Positions 40,917 through 51,173 of a DNA stretch of 64,000 bases are shown in pieces (positions within the stretch are counted from its first letter, which is position 1; every line of letters begins with the position of its first letter). The position numbers were made by a program, and so were the translations under genes. This DNA is from Promethearchaeota archaeon (lineage in GTDB: Archaea; Asgardarchaeota; Lokiarchaeia; Sigyniarchaeales; SOKP01). Location: the NCBI GenBank assembly GCA_048938895.1, contig JBHLLU010000002.1, positions 32,001 through 96,000 on the forward strand, written 5' to 3'. Under the pieces are notes generated by a model, which saw only the letters and a program-made list of their open reading frames with translations, ran no database searches and was not told where the DNA came from.

Positions 40917-42403
40917 GGGTCATTTCTAAAGGGATGACGCGCATTTTCTGCATTATTTATTCCATCATCAACAGTTGGTAAACCTTCCATTGCTTTTCGT
41001 ATGGCATTTCGAGTTGCTTTATAATTGTTGATAAATACTCTTTTTCTAGCACTAGCACTAGGATGAACAAATACATTAGCAATGAGAACGATATCATCTG
41101 CCGCTTCTTTAGGAAGTATTCCATCCTCTACGCATTGTATAACTGCCTTGGCGATTGCTGCTTGAGCTGGTCCGTAGGTAAGACTTGCATGACGAAGTGA
41201 AGTAGGTCGTACAGTTGGGATCATAATTGTTGCTGGTTTTACCTGCATATTGGGTTCAAGAATGACTTGAAGTCCTTCACGCCCTTCTTCTGGATTGGTT
41301 AAAGCTTGGGCATACGCATTACCTACGGGGCCATTTTTATTTCCAATTAGAATATCTATGTGCGCAAGCTCAACTCGGTCACCTACTAGAGACTCTCCTA
41401 CTTTCAATTCAAAATCAGTAATCTTTTTAGGTGTAATTCCAACGGCGTAAAAACGACTAGTAATTGGTTTTTCACCTAAGTCAAATTCGAGTTCTGTTTT
41501 TTCAATTAATCCTAATTTTTCGAGTTCCACTCGTAATTCATCCTTTATTTCATAAGAAAGTGCATCACCTAACACTAATGGTTGACGTGTAGTACCTACG
41601 GGAAGTTTCATCATATTTAAACAAGATTTAACCCCTAAAGCCCCAGAATTTATTAAAAGCCTTGCTATTTTTTGTACTTTTTTTTGAAGTATTTGTGCTT
41701 CTGGTAATCGGTTATTCTGAACATGATCATAGATTTCAAGCCAAATTTTAGGAAAAACATTTGCCGAACCTAAAATACAACCAGCTGCACCTCCTGCTAA
41801 GGCACCTAACACATTTTCATCCCATCCAATCAATACAGAAATTTTATCACTAACTTTTTCTAATAATGCTGAAAAGTATTTATAGTCGCCACTGGAATCT
41901 TTAATTCCAACGATGTTATCAATGTCGACTAAGTCTTCAACAACAGTCCAGGGTAATTCTACGCCTGTACAAGCAGGGATATTATATAAAAGTATCGGGA
42001 TGTCTGTTTTCTCAGCTATTGTAAAATAGTGATCATATAATCCTTTTGCTTTAGGTTTTAAGTAATAAGGTGTAACAATTAGTACCGCATCTACCCCTAT
42101 ATCTGTTGCAGCGTTAGTAGCTTCTATCACCAACTTCGTACCAGTTTCACCTGTTCCTGCAATAACAGGAACTCTCCCATTAGTTTCATCAACCACAATC
42201 TCTGTTACTTTCAAACGCTCTTCAAATGTCATATTAACAAACTCACCTGTGGTTCCTACAGGAACAAGCCCAGTGACTCCTTGATCAATAAGGTGATTAA
42301 CTAAATTTCTTAAATTCTCTTCATTTATAGATTCATCACCTTTATTAAAAGGAGTTACTAAAGCAGGCATAACACCTTTAGGCCTAAAATCAAATGTACT
42401 CAT
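40913..42403 (-). CDS. Fusion of a DapA/NAL-family class I aldolase and formaldehyde-activating enzyme (Fae)
   Basis: N-terminal: PALVTPF, GTTGE, TPYY, YNIP, GIKDSSG. C-terminal: VGESLVG, AHIDILIG, KPATIMIP, GPAQAAIAKAV, VFVHP, NYKAT..AIRKAM, HPF. Confidence 0.92.
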   Translation of the reverse strand: MSTFDFRPKGVMPALVTPFNKGDESINEENLRNLVNHLIDQGVTGLVPVGTTGEFVNMTFEERLKVTEIVVDETNGRVPVIAGTGETGTKLVIEATNAATDIGVDAVLIVTPYYLKPKAKGLYDHYFTIAEKTDIPILLYNIPACTGVELPWTVVEDLVDIDNIVGIKDSSGDYKYFSALLEKVSDKISVLIGWDENVLGALAGGAAGCILGSANVFPKIWLEIYDHVQNNRLPEAQILQKKVQKIARLLINSGALGVKSCLNMMKLPVGTTRQPLVLGDALSYEIKDELRVELEKLGLIEKTELEFDLGEKPITSRFYAVGITPKKITDFELKVGESLVGDRVELAHIDILIGNKNGPVGNAYAQALTNPEEGREGLQVILEPNMQVKPATIMIPTVRPTSLRHASLTYGPAQAAIAKAVIQCVEDGILPKEAADDIVLIANVFVHPSASARKRVFINNYKATRNAIRKAMEGLPTVDDGINNAENARHPFRNDP

Positions 42404-42423
42404 TCAATTTATACCTCCTGAAT

Positions 42424-43710
42424 TTATTCATAATGATGTAATTTGGTTGCTGCAATAAAAGATAATCCATTTTTAGTAAGAGCTTCTGCTGTAGAGTTCA
42501 CCGCATCATATCGATCGAGATGATTAATTCTTAAGGAATCCCATAATCCTGCTTTTATTAACTCTTCTTTAGGCATAAAATATTCAAGTATATCTGTAGG
42601 ATGTTCTCTTTTTCCGTCTACTTCTACGTTTCCCCCTTCATGTTTAGCGCTAATATTTCTAACCTTTTTTGCTAAATCTATTAATTCATCTCTTCTATCA
42701 TATGGTTGTCTGACAATACTTTTCCAAGTCTCTGTTATATGATGTTCTAATCTTACTACATCTTCAAATCCAAATGGTTTTCGGATATATGCTGCCATTT
42801 CAATAGTTTCATTATTTACTGAATTTGATAAATTAAAACCGATTAATGGACTTGTTCCATCTTCCCGAGCAAACAGTTTTGCTGTGAGTAATGTCCATAA
42901 GCATGAATAGGGATTATCATTACCCATATAAACACTTATTTTGAATTCATTATTAATTCCCAATTTATATAGGAAATAACCCAAAAGTACCGTACCAGGA
43001 TTAACATTTAGAGCTTGCTTTATTCCATAATTTGTATAATAATAAAGATATTCATCAATCCATTTTAATGCAAAATCATTAGGTTGTCCTACTCCACCAA
43101 AATATCCCGTAATAGTATCTGGACCACCTAAATGTACATTCACTGGCATTCCATCTGGACCAGGAGCAGTTCCTTTAGTATCAAGCGTCTCAACCCACGT
43201 GGAGCCAATTATTTGCATAGCTGCGGTCATTGCCAATAAATCCCCATCCTTTTCTTGTTCTTTCATTCTTCTTACTCTTATTATTCGTCCTGGAACTAAT
43301 TTCTTGTTTTTAATTGCATCTTTAGCTATATCAATTAAAAATGAAAAATATTGACATGCTGAAAGTTCCAATGTCACCGCATAATCCTCTTTGAATTCCA
43401 TTTTTGATGCATTCTCTCCCAGGATTTTTTTCCTATAATCCGCTATACTAATAAATGAATGCTGGTCACGAGATTCTATAAGCCATTCAATATCCTTGAC
43501 ATAATCAGAATTAATTTTTTCTAATCGACTGATTAAGTAATCGAACCTACTCACTTCTTGAAATTTTCTATTAATCTCTTCGATGCCACCATATTTTTCA
43601 ACTATGTTAAATAGTTCATTTATTAAAGGATTACTCTCATCCAGTAAAAAATCATTAACAGTTTTAAGTGCATCCTTGGATATTTCTAATTGTTTTCTTA
43701 AATCTTTCAT
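42424..43710 (-). CDS. Uncharacterised protein, probable TIM-barrel enzyme
   Basis: Long well-formed ORF with alternating beta/alpha pattern; lies 20 nt upstream of the aldolase-Fae gene, with SD AGGAGGT between them. Confidence 0.75.
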   Translation of the reverse strand: MKDLRKQLEISKDALKTVNDFLLDESNPLINELFNIVEKYGGIEEINRKFQEVSRFDYLISRLEKINSDYVKDIEWLIESRDQHSFISIADYRKKILGENASKMEFKEDYAVTLELSACQYFSFLIDIAKDAIKNKKLVPGRIIRVRRMKEQEKDGDLLAMTAAMQIIGSTWVETLDTKGTAPGPDGMPVNVHLGGPDTITGYFGGVGQPNDFALKWIDEYLYYYTNYGIKQALNVNPGTVLLGYFLYKLGINNEFKISVYMGNDNPYSCLWTLLTAKLFAREDGTSPLIGFNLSNSVNNETIEMAAYIRKPFGFEDVVRLEHHITETWKSIVRQPYDRRDELIDLAKKVRNISAKHEGGNVEVDGKREHPTDILEYFMPKEELIKAGLWDSLRINHLDRYDAVNSTAEALTKNGLSFIAATKLHHYE

Positions 43711-43903
43711 TATAAAAGTCTACCATATCTATTTTTTTCATTATCTATACCCATAGGTCTCCCACAAACGCATAATATATTGGATAGACCATAAATTTAA
43801 TACAAGATTCACTATATTATAAATTTAATTCAATATTGCTAAAAACTTATAAAGTGCTTCATGATTCTAAAAATTAGTATTAAAAATATACAAGGTATCT
43901 TAA

Positions 43904-45259
43904 ATGTATAAATACAGTGTCTCAATATTAGGAACCGGTTTTATTGGATTGTGCTCAGCAGCGTGTTTTGCCGATAAAGATATTAAGGTTTTGGCTTCTA
44001 CTCACAATCAAAGAAAAGCAAATATGATTAATGATGGAATTGCTCCATTTTTTGAAGCAGGACTCCAAGAAATGATGGATAATATAAAAAAATCTAATCC
44101 TGAACTATTAACCTGTATTACTAACCCAGTACAAGCTGTACTTGATACTGATATTTCAATGATTACCCAAGGTACTCCAATGAGGGAAGATAAAAGTATT
44201 GATCTGAGTTTTATAGAAAGTACTGCTCAAGAAATAGGGAAAGCATTAAAACAAAAGGATGATTATCATTTGGTTGTAGTTCGATCTACAGTTGTTCCTG
44301 GCACTACAAGAAACTTGGTTAGTACTATTATTAAACAAGTGTCTGGAAAAGAAACAGGTAAAGATTATGGATTATGTATGCAACCTGAATTTTTAGCTGA
44401 AGGACGTTCAATCGAAGATACTTTACATCCTGATAGAATAGTGATTGGGGAATTCGACGAAAAAAGTGGTGCTATGCTTCAGGAATTCTATGAATATTTC
44501 TATGGAAATCATTTAGAAAACTGTCCCATCTTACGGATGAATTTAGAAAGCGCTGAATTAGTTAAATATGGAAATAACTGCCTATTGTCTACAAAAATCA
44601 GTTATGCCAATGAATTTGCTAACTTTGCTGAACTTGTACCGAATGTCGATGTTGTCCAAGTAATGAAAGGTGTTGGACTAGATTATAGAATAAATTCAAG
44701 ATTTCTTGGTGCGGGAGTAGGATTTGGTGGTTCTTGCTTTCATAAAGATGTTAATGCAATAAAGGCTTGGTCAAAATCTAAAGGATACACTTCTAGGTTG
44801 TTAGAAGCGGTACTAGATATTAATGATGATCAAGCAATTCATATTATTGATATTGCTGAAGAACTTGCAGGTAAATTAGCAGGCAAAAAAATAAGCCTAC
44901 TAGGACTTGCATTTAAACCAGGAACAGACGACATGAGAGAAGCTCCAAGTATTCGAGTAGTAAATGAACTAAGGAATCGAGGGGTAACCAATATTATTGG
45001 TTATGACCCAAAGGCAAAAGAAACAGCTAAAGAAGTTTTTGGAGATTCTATCAAATATGCTAATTCAATTGAAGAAGCTTTAAAAGGTTCTGATTGTGCA
45101 CTTCTCATCACTGATTGGGAAGAATTTAAAACATTAACACCAGGTGATTTTAAAAAATATATGAAAACGCCCAGTCTTGTTGATGGAAGAAGAATTTATG
45201 ATTATGAGGAATTTGACAACGTTTTGCAATTCAGAGCAATAGGACATATAAAATTATAA
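43904..45259 (+). CDS. UDP-glucose/GDP-mannose 6-dehydrogenase
   Basis: LGTGFIG, RSTVVPGT, PEFLAEG, AELVKY, GFGGSCFHKD, LAFKPGTDDMRE. Confidence 0.95.
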   Translation: MYKYSVSILGTGFIGLCSAACFADKDIKVLASTHNQRKANMINDGIAPFFEAGLQEMMDNIKKSNPELLTCITNPVQAVLDTDISMITQGTPMREDKSIDLSFIESTAQEIGKALKQKDDYHLVVVRSTVVPGTTRNLVSTIIKQVSGKETGKDYGLCMQPEFLAEGRSIEDTLHPDRIVIGEFDEKSGAMLQEFYEYFYGNHLENCPILRMNLESAELVKYGNNCLLSTKISYANEFANFAELVPNVDVVQVMKGVGLDYRINSRFLGAGVGFGGSCFHKDVNAIKAWSKSKGYTSRLLEAVLDINDDQAIHIIDIAEELAGKLAGKKISLLGLAFKPGTDDMREAPSIRVVNELRNRGVTNIIGYDPKAKETAKEVFGDSIKYANSIEEALKGSDCALLITDWEEFKTLTPGDFKKYMKTPSLVDGRRIYDYEEFDNVLQFRAIGHIKL

Positions 45260-45318
45260 TTGAACTTACTACCATCATTAAAAAAAATAGGAAACTAAAT
45301 TCCAAACTAATTTATTGT

Positions 45319-46236
45319 TTAAATTTTCAAATTTTTTAGTTTTTTGAGCAAAATTAATGTTGTAATACTGATTGTAGCGATTATTAGAATGGTATTATAA
45401 CTGGGAATGTTTTCTGAAGGTGCTTCCCCGATAATTTGATAATTACTAATTGGAGCAATTAATGGATGATAATCAGTATAAATCCATTGAGATGATGGTA
45501 AGTGCTGATCCATTATAACAGGTTCATCTCCGATTCCATCGTTGTTATTATCTTCTCCTTGATATCCACCCCAATGATTACCAAGATATTTAGTAAATGT
45601 TCTACTGTTATAAATATATTTCATTTTGGTTGGTGTACGAAATCTGTTATTAACACTCCACCGATATTCGAATCCCATTAAATTTGTTTGGTGATTATCG
45701 TTAAGATAAATTACATTGCTATTAGACGCAAAAAAGCGGAGACCATTTTTTCCTATAAAATAATTTAGTGAAACGACATTATCAATACATTCATGTAAAA
45801 TGATCCCATAAGCATTTGGACTAGTAACCCGATTATTGTGTAAGGTTCCATGATTGACAGAAATTAATTTAATCCCCGCATCATAAGTGTCTGAACCACA
45901 ATTTGAAAGGGAGCAATTTTGGATAATGAAATATTCTGATGTATTTTCTACTAATATACATGAACCCACACCTCCTCCATCTATCTCCAAATCTTCAATA
46001 AGATATGGATTAGATTCCGTACCATCCCCTATGCAAATGCCAGCAGTCTTTGCGTCAGACCAGTTATTATTAATATGTATTTTTACAGATATTGCAGAGA
46101 TTTTCAAGTTCTGCTTATAGATTGTTGATGTGCTACTAGTCTTATTGCCAATTCTAAGAATATCATTATTTATTGTTATAGTTGATAAAATGAAAATGAT
46201 TCCCACACTTATCAGAAATAGCCTTTTCACTTTCAT
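45319..46236 (-). CDS. Surface protein with NosD/parallel beta-helix repeats and a Loki-CTERM-like anchor
   Basis: Signal peptide, GDGTESNPYLIE, GNHW..Y.G.D.NNDGIGD, C-terminal IPSY + hydrophobic helix + Lys-rich tail. Confidence 0.85.
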   Translation of the reverse strand: MKVKRLFLISVGIIFILSTITINNDILRIGNKTSSTSTIYKQNLKISAISVKIHINNNWSDAKTAGICIGDGTESNPYLIEDLEIDGGGVGSCILVENTSEYFIIQNCSLSNCGSDTYDAGIKLISVNHGTLHNNRVTSPNAYGIILHECIDNVVSLNYFIGKNGLRFFASNSNVIYLNDNHQTNLMGFEYRWSVNNRFRTPTKMKYIYNSRTFTKYLGNHWGGYQGEDNNNDGIGDEPVIMDQHLPSSQWIYTDYHPLIAPISNYQIIGEAPSENIPSYNTILIIATISITTLILLKKLKNLKI

Positions 46237-46364
46237 ATTTATTTCTGTCAAAAGCTTATATATATGTTTTTTTATCAAAAATTAAATTCTTCAAAATTTT
46301 TCAAATCATTTTGGTATAATAATATAAAAACTCATCTCAGTCTACAAAAAGCTTAAATACTTAC

Positions 46365-46922
46365 ATGAAACAAATCTTTATAATGAAAAAATCTAGGATA
46401 TTGGTAGCTTTATTATCCAGCGGGATACTTTTTTTAATTTCTTTTATCCCCATTAGTTATGGTAATCCCGTAATTATTTATAGTAAACCCAATTTTAAAG
46501 CGCTACTCCTTACTTTAGGTCTCCTAATTTACCTTCTGCTCATAACTATTATAATCGAGCTAGGACTATTATATTTAATTTTTCATAAAGATATTGTTGA
46601 TTCAAGATGTTCTCTCAAATTCATCAAGTCTGTCATTGTAGTGAATTTATTTACATTTCCTATTACCCAATTAGTTGGACTTATCTTATCTGTTCTGTCT
46701 ATTCAAATTTTCCTTCTAATATTATTATCTGAAGTATTCCCATTTTCAATTGAATATACATTATATCTCAGAATATTTGATGCTTTTTATGAATCTCAAG
46801 ATTTTGTAAATCCTATCCCTAAAAAAAAAGTATCATTCTCAACCATTATAGCCAATTTGACTACAATGTTATTAGGTATTTTTATTTTTCTTCCCCAAAT
46901 CCTATCAACCGCTTTTGGTTAA
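46365..46922 (+). CDS. Multi-pass membrane protein
   Basis: Five hydrophobic segments, GNP, VNLFTFP, IANLTT. Confidence 0.75.
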   Translation: MKQIFIMKKSRILVALLSSGILFLISFIPISYGNPVIIYSKPNFKALLLTLGLLIYLLLITIIIELGLLYLIFHKDIVDSRCSLKFIKSVIVVNLFTFPITQLVGLILSVLSIQIFLLILLSEVFPFSIEYTLYLRIFDAFYESQDFVNPIPKKKVSFSTIIANLTTMLLGIFIFLPQILSTAFG

Positions 46923-46971
46923 ACTTTCAATATTATAATTACTTAATCGATCTATTAAAGGAAAATCCACC

Positions 46972-48780
46972 ATGAGAAAAGAAAGAGGTTTAGAACGGAG
47001 TATAGATAATCTGTTTATAATATCAATTGTTCTTAATATTCTTTTTTTTGTAGCTTTTCTCACAATAATTCCACCTATAAAAACTGAACCCTATTACCCG
47101 AGTTTTTATAACGTTGTAATTGGATATGGTAGTAATCCCGCAGCACTTGATCCTATTGATACATGGGACGCTCCTTCTCGTGTTTTCCAACACCAAGTTA
47201 CTCAATCTCTAGTTGAATATGATCTATCTACCCATCCAAATTATCAATTAAAACCAGTTCTATCTGAATATTGGATTTGGGAAAATATTACGAGAATTTC
47301 TTTTAAATTAAGAGATAATGTATACTTTCATGACAATACTCGAATGACTGCTGAAGATGTAAAATGGAATTTTGAAAGACTTATGTGGCTCTGCAATGCT
47401 ACGGGAACTCTTCCTGCAAATGACAGCTCTTGGGAGGCATTTCCTTCAAAATTATTCTTTTTTGAAAATGGAACTTATATTTTTAAGAGTTTTGAAGCAA
47501 ATGATACAATTGACCCACTAAGTTTCACGATAAATTTGAATGCTCCTTTTTCAGCATTGTTAGATCTTCTTACTTTTGGTGCAATCAACATTTTATCTCC
47601 TGCATCTACTCCATTTTATAGGTATTTAGATTTAGCAGAAGAAAAATTAATTGGTACCGGTCCATATGAATATGTGCATTTTAAAAGAGATAAAGAAGTG
47701 AGACTATCTAGGAATGATTTATATTGGGCATTTCCAGGATATTTTGAAACGGCAGTATTTCGAATTATTGAAGATGATACAGCACGGATGACTGCAGGTT
47801 TAGCTGGACAGTTTGATTATGTTAGTGGTGTACCAGAATCTTATATCGATACCTTTAATGGTGATCCTAATTTCCATGTGGAAGATGTCGGCGAAGATTT
47901 ATGTTATTTTTATTTAGAAATTTATTGTGGTGCAAGAGATACGACTGGAGACTTAATAGTCCCTGGTGATTATCAATATCAGAGAAATAATGCAACATTA
48001 AGAAGAGCAATAACGCTTGCTATTAACTATACTTACATCTATGATGTAATTCAGAACGGATTAGCTACCGAGGGGACAACAGCAGTTCCTCGAGCGATGC
48101 CAGGTCATAATGCATCAGTAGTTCAAGCAAGCTATTATAATTTTACCACTGGCATAAAAATGGCAAGAGATCTCATGAAAATATATAATCCTATTTGTGC
48201 TACATGGGACTCAAGCTACCCCGGAACTGATGAGGGTTTATGGACTAATGCAAATCTACTTGGAAGATCTTTTTATTTATATAGACATTTTGGAAGTATT
48301 ATAAATCAAAATCTGAATCTATTAATAGATTCTAATCTTAATTTAATCGGAATTCAAGCTTCAGAAATCCCAATAGATTGGGATCCAATCTACTTCCTAG
48401 AAGAGAAAAAACCGTGGGAAATGGATCTTAGATATATTGGTTGGTGTCCTGATTATTTAAATCCCTATAATATTATTGATCCCTTGTTTAATCTTGAATC
48501 TTATTCTTGTTTTTCAAGGATTAATGATACAAGCATTGGAGGGTTATCTTATATGATGAAAGCTGCGATTAAAGAGACGAATAGAACTAAACAGTTAGAA
48601 ATTTATGGAAATATTCAATCATATATTTTTGATGTCGATCGACCACTTACACCGGCAAGTCATGTTCACATTCCTCTTTGGGTTTACCATCTAGAGCAAA
48701 TCCATAAAAAATCATTGAAAGGAGTTCACTACAATGTAATGAAACTTTTAGAAGTTAAGAATTGGTATGAGGATGATTAA
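46972..48780 (+). CDS. ABC peptide/nickel-type substrate-binding protein (family 5), copy 1
   Basis: LDPIDTWD, LRDNVYFHD, TAEDVKWNFER, IGTGPY, WCPDY; N-terminal TM anchor. Confidence 0.9.
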   Translation: MRKERGLERSIDNLFIISIVLNILFFVAFLTIIPPIKTEPYYPSFYNVVIGYGSNPAALDPIDTWDAPSRVFQHQVTQSLVEYDLSTHPNYQLKPVLSEYWIWENITRISFKLRDNVYFHDNTRMTAEDVKWNFERLMWLCNATGTLPANDSSWEAFPSKLFFFENGTYIFKSFEANDTIDPLSFTINLNAPFSALLDLLTFGAINILSPASTPFYRYLDLAEEKLIGTGPYEYVHFKRDKEVRLSRNDLYWAFPGYFETAVFRIIEDDTARMTAGLAGQFDYVSGVPESYIDTFNGDPNFHVEDVGEDLCYFYLEIYCGARDTTGDLIVPGDYQYQRNNATLRRAITLAINYTYIYDVIQNGLATEGTTAVPRAMPGHNASVVQASYYNFTTGIKMARDLMKIYNPICATWDSSYPGTDEGLWTNANLLGRSFYLYRHFGSIINQNLNLLIDSNLNLIGIQASEIPIDWDPIYFLEEKKPWEMDLRYIGWCPDYLNPYNIIDPLFNLESYSCFSRINDTSIGGLSYMMKAAIKETNRTKQLEIYGNIQSYIFDVDRPLTPASHVHIPLWVYHLEQIHKKSLKGVHYNVMKLLEVKNWYEDD

Positions 48781-48811
48781 TCAAACTTTTGTTATTAATA
48801 GAGGTTAAGAA

Positions 48812-50638
48812 ATGGACTTAAAAAAAAAGGATTTAGCCATTACTATACTAACAGTATTAGTCGGAGCATCATTGATAAGCAATATTATTCTTCCATTATC
48901 CCCCAGAAATACTACTGATACCCCTTATCATTCTAATTACACGGCAGTAATTGGGGGGGTTAATTCTTATATTGTGCTTGATCCAATTGATACTGGGGAT
49001 TACTATTCTCGTATGATACAACATCAGATAACTCAGTCTTTAGTTGAATATGATTTATCTTCATATTCTAGAATCGGTATACATAATTATAGCTTAAAAC
49101 CTGTACTTGTAGAATATTGGATATGGGAATCACCTACTCGAATTTCTTATAAATTAAGAGAAAATGTATATTTTCATGATAACACATTAATGACTGCTGA
49201 AGATGTAAAGTGGAATTTTGAAAGAGGGCAATGGTTTTGTAACACTACGGGAGATCTACCACTCAATGAAACATCTAGGGAAGCTTTTTCGTCAAATTTA
49301 TTTTTTTTTAGTGATGGGACCCCAATCTTTAATAAATTTATTGCCAATGATACGAGGGATCCATTTAATTTCACTTTAATTTTGAACACTCCTTTTGGAG
49401 CATTAAATGATTTTCTTGCTTCTGGTCTTGTGAAAATTTTAAGTCCTGAATCCACCCCTTTCTACAAGTATTTGGATATAACTAAGGATAAATTAATTGG
49501 TACGGGCCCCTACGAATACCTACACTATGAAAGATATAAAGAATTAATTTTGAAAAGGAGCAGTATTTATTGGGGTTTTGCAGGATATTTTGAGATGATT
49601 GAGTTTAGATTTATTGATGAACCTACTTCTATCTCACATAATTACTTTACTGCAGCTTGTAATGGAGAATTTGATTACTTATTTGAAATTCCTCCTCTAA
49701 CATTTTGTGGTCCTCCTCCATATTTAGTTATAGATGTCGGTGAGGATCTATGTTATTTTTATTTAGAAATTTATTGTGGTTCCAGAAGTCCCAATGGCAC
49801 AATGCTAGGGAATCCTCAATATCAGAGAAATCCTCCATACTTAAGAAGAACTCTTGCATTGGCAATCGACTATACATATATTTATGATGAAATCCAGAGT
49901 GGTTATGGCATTGAGGGAACTACTGCTGTCCCTCGTGCAATGCCTGGACATAATGCTTCAGTAATTCAAGCAAGTGATATATCTCGTACTTATGCTTACA
50001 ATCTCGCAGAAGCAAGACAAATCTTAAAAGATAATGCTGCAGATATTGTTGCACGTGGCGGTCTCAATGTTAGCAATTATGATATTAATAACGATTCAGA
50101 TTGGATTGGGAAAAATATACTTGGTAGAAACTTAGAAATTAATTGCCATTTTGGAAGTACAACGAATTTGCGTTTAAATCAATTATTGAGTTTAAATTTT
50201 GATTTAATAGGAATCCAAATTAGTGAAACTACAAGAGATTGGAAAGAATATCTGAGCGTGGGGGAACAAACCCCTTGGGAAATGGATCTTAATTATATGG
50301 GTCGGTGCCCTGATTATTTAAATCCCTATAATATTATTGATCCCTTGTTTAATTTAGATTCTAATTCTTGCTTTTCAAGAATTAATGATACAACCAAAGG
50401 TGGTTTAATTGATATGATGGACACAGCAATTAAAGAGACGAATAGAACGAAACAATTAGAAATTTATGAAAATATTCAATCATATATATTTGATGTCAAT
50501 CGACCACTTACACCAGCCAGTCATGCGCATATTTCTGGTTGGGTTTATCTAATAAAACAAGCTCATATGCCAGATTTAAAAGGAGTTAACTATAATGTTA
50601 TGAAAATTATTGAATGCTGGAAATGGTACTATGAGTGA
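48812..50638 (+). CDS. ABC peptide/nickel-type substrate-binding protein (family 5), copy 2
   Basis: Tandem paralogue of 46972-48780 with the same motifs. Confidence 0.9.
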   Translation: MDLKKKDLAITILTVLVGASLISNIILPLSPRNTTDTPYHSNYTAVIGGVNSYIVLDPIDTGDYYSRMIQHQITQSLVEYDLSSYSRIGIHNYSLKPVLVEYWIWESPTRISYKLRENVYFHDNTLMTAEDVKWNFERGQWFCNTTGDLPLNETSREAFSSNLFFFSDGTPIFNKFIANDTRDPFNFTLILNTPFGALNDFLASGLVKILSPESTPFYKYLDITKDKLIGTGPYEYLHYERYKELILKRSSIYWGFAGYFEMIEFRFIDEPTSISHNYFTAACNGEFDYLFEIPPLTFCGPPPYLVIDVGEDLCYFYLEIYCGSRSPNGTMLGNPQYQRNPPYLRRTLALAIDYTYIYDEIQSGYGIEGTTAVPRAMPGHNASVIQASDISRTYAYNLAEARQILKDNAADIVARGGLNVSNYDINNDSDWIGKNILGRNLEINCHFGSTTNLRLNQLLSLNFDLIGIQISETTRDWKEYLSVGEQTPWEMDLNYMGRCPDYLNPYNIIDPLFNLDSNSCFSRINDTTKGGLIDMMDTAIKETNRTKQLEIYENIQSYIFDVNRPLTPASHAHISGWVYLIKQAHMPDLKGVNYNVMKIIECWKWYYE

Positions 50639-51063
50639 TATACCATTTTATAATGCGTCTCTGTTTTTTCTTTCACTTTGAACCCAAGTCGTTCATACAA
50701 TCTTTGAGCCTTTTCATTCGAAATCAAAACTTGGAGATATACGTCCTTTTGTTCTTCTTTCGCTTTTTTTAACAATTCTTTGATTAATGTAGTACCAATT
50801 CCTTGATTCTGAAACTGTGGTAGAATTTCTATTAATGAGAAAAAGAAATGATCTTCTTCTTCTCTGATTGAAATACAGCCAATGTCTTTACCTGATTTGG
50901 TTACTATCTTAAGTTGAACTGGTTTAAAATGCTTAAAATGATAATCTTTCTGCCATTCTTCATCCCATCCCCATGTTTTAGTAATATACTCTCTTAAAGT
51001 AGCTTTTTTAAGAAGATAGCAGAAGTCGTAATCTGTCTCTGTTGCTTGGCGTAATTGAATCAT
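50629..51063 (-). CDS. GNAT acetyltransferase
   Basis: ILPQFQNQGIGT, N..AQRLYERLGF. Confidence 0.92.
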   Translation of the reverse strand: MIQLRQATETDYDFCYLLKKATLREYITKTWGWDEEWQKDYHFKHFKPVQLKIVTKSGKDIGCISIREEEDHFFFSLIEILPQFQNQGIGTTLIKELLKKAKEEQKDVYLQVLISNEKAQRLYERLGFKVKEKTETHYKMVYHS

Positions 51064-51173
51064 GTATTAATTGCTATTTATTAAATCTTAATTAAAGTTA
51101 ATATTATTTTAAATAATTTTAAATCTTATAAGTCTTAATCCATTTCTAAAAAGCTATTCTAAAAAATTTTATT

